DNA of 64,000 nt from Paragordius varius (lineage: Eukaryota; Animalia; Nematomorpha), in the NCBI GenBank assembly GCA_964247055.1, contig OZ176056.1:7998001-8062000 (forward strand), read 5' to 3'. The notes under the pieces were generated by a model. The model was given only the letters and a program-made list of their open reading frames with translations. It was not told the origin of the DNA and did no database searches. This document shows positions 63,732-64,000 of the stretch, piece after piece. The stretch's first letter is position 1. Each line of letters begins with the position of its first letter. The translations under genes were made by a program, and so were the position numbers.

Positions 63732-64000
63732 GGAACATTTTTGCAAAAAAACTTAGTAAGAATCGAATATAAACGGACAAAATTTTTTTATCAAAAGACA
63801 ACCATACTTTTTCATACCTTATTTTTTATCCTATTAAAATTATTTAATAATAATCGTAAAACATGTAATTATATGTTACCAATATACATCTTTATACTTT
63901 GGGGTTTAAAAGAATGGTTATATTTTTTAAAAAAAACAATATATAAAAAGTATGATTGTCTTTTGGAAAAAAAATATTTGTCTTTTATTTTGTCCGTAAA

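Overview
Very AT-rich eukaryotic (animal-type) genomic DNA with spliceosomal GT-AG introns, densely invaded by non-autonomous DNA transposons (MITEs). By hand-splicing I reconstruct seven protein-coding genes, left to right. (1) A signal-peptide protein on the minus strand that runs off the left edge (exons 6927-862). (2) A 4-exon, ~190-aa secreted protein with two Cys-patterned repeats (-, 13346-10816). (3) IWS1 (-, 25088-15195). (4) An intronless dolichol kinase (+, 25128-27443). (5) A TBC1D12/14-like RabGAP (-, 37415-28091) with an apparent 1-nt frameshift in one conserved exon. (6) A 14-exon SLC6/NSS transporter (+, 46904-61362) whose Na+/Cl-/substrate-site residues are heavily substituted. 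(7) The last three exons of MAU2/Scc4 (-, 63630-62180). 37.5-46.9 kb is a transposon graveyard containing a decayed mariner. The most notable observations are: 23-25-nt introns in IWS1; IWS1 and DOLK start codons only 39 nt apart head-to-head; many long introns that look like tiny introns inflated by MITEs; triplicated splice-acceptor plus exon-start units in two different genes; and the degenerate SLC6. The organism cannot be identified from the sequence. Tiny introns, AT richness and fast-evolving proteins suggest a reduced invertebrate lineage (inference). All gene identities come from my recall of family motifs, not from database searches.
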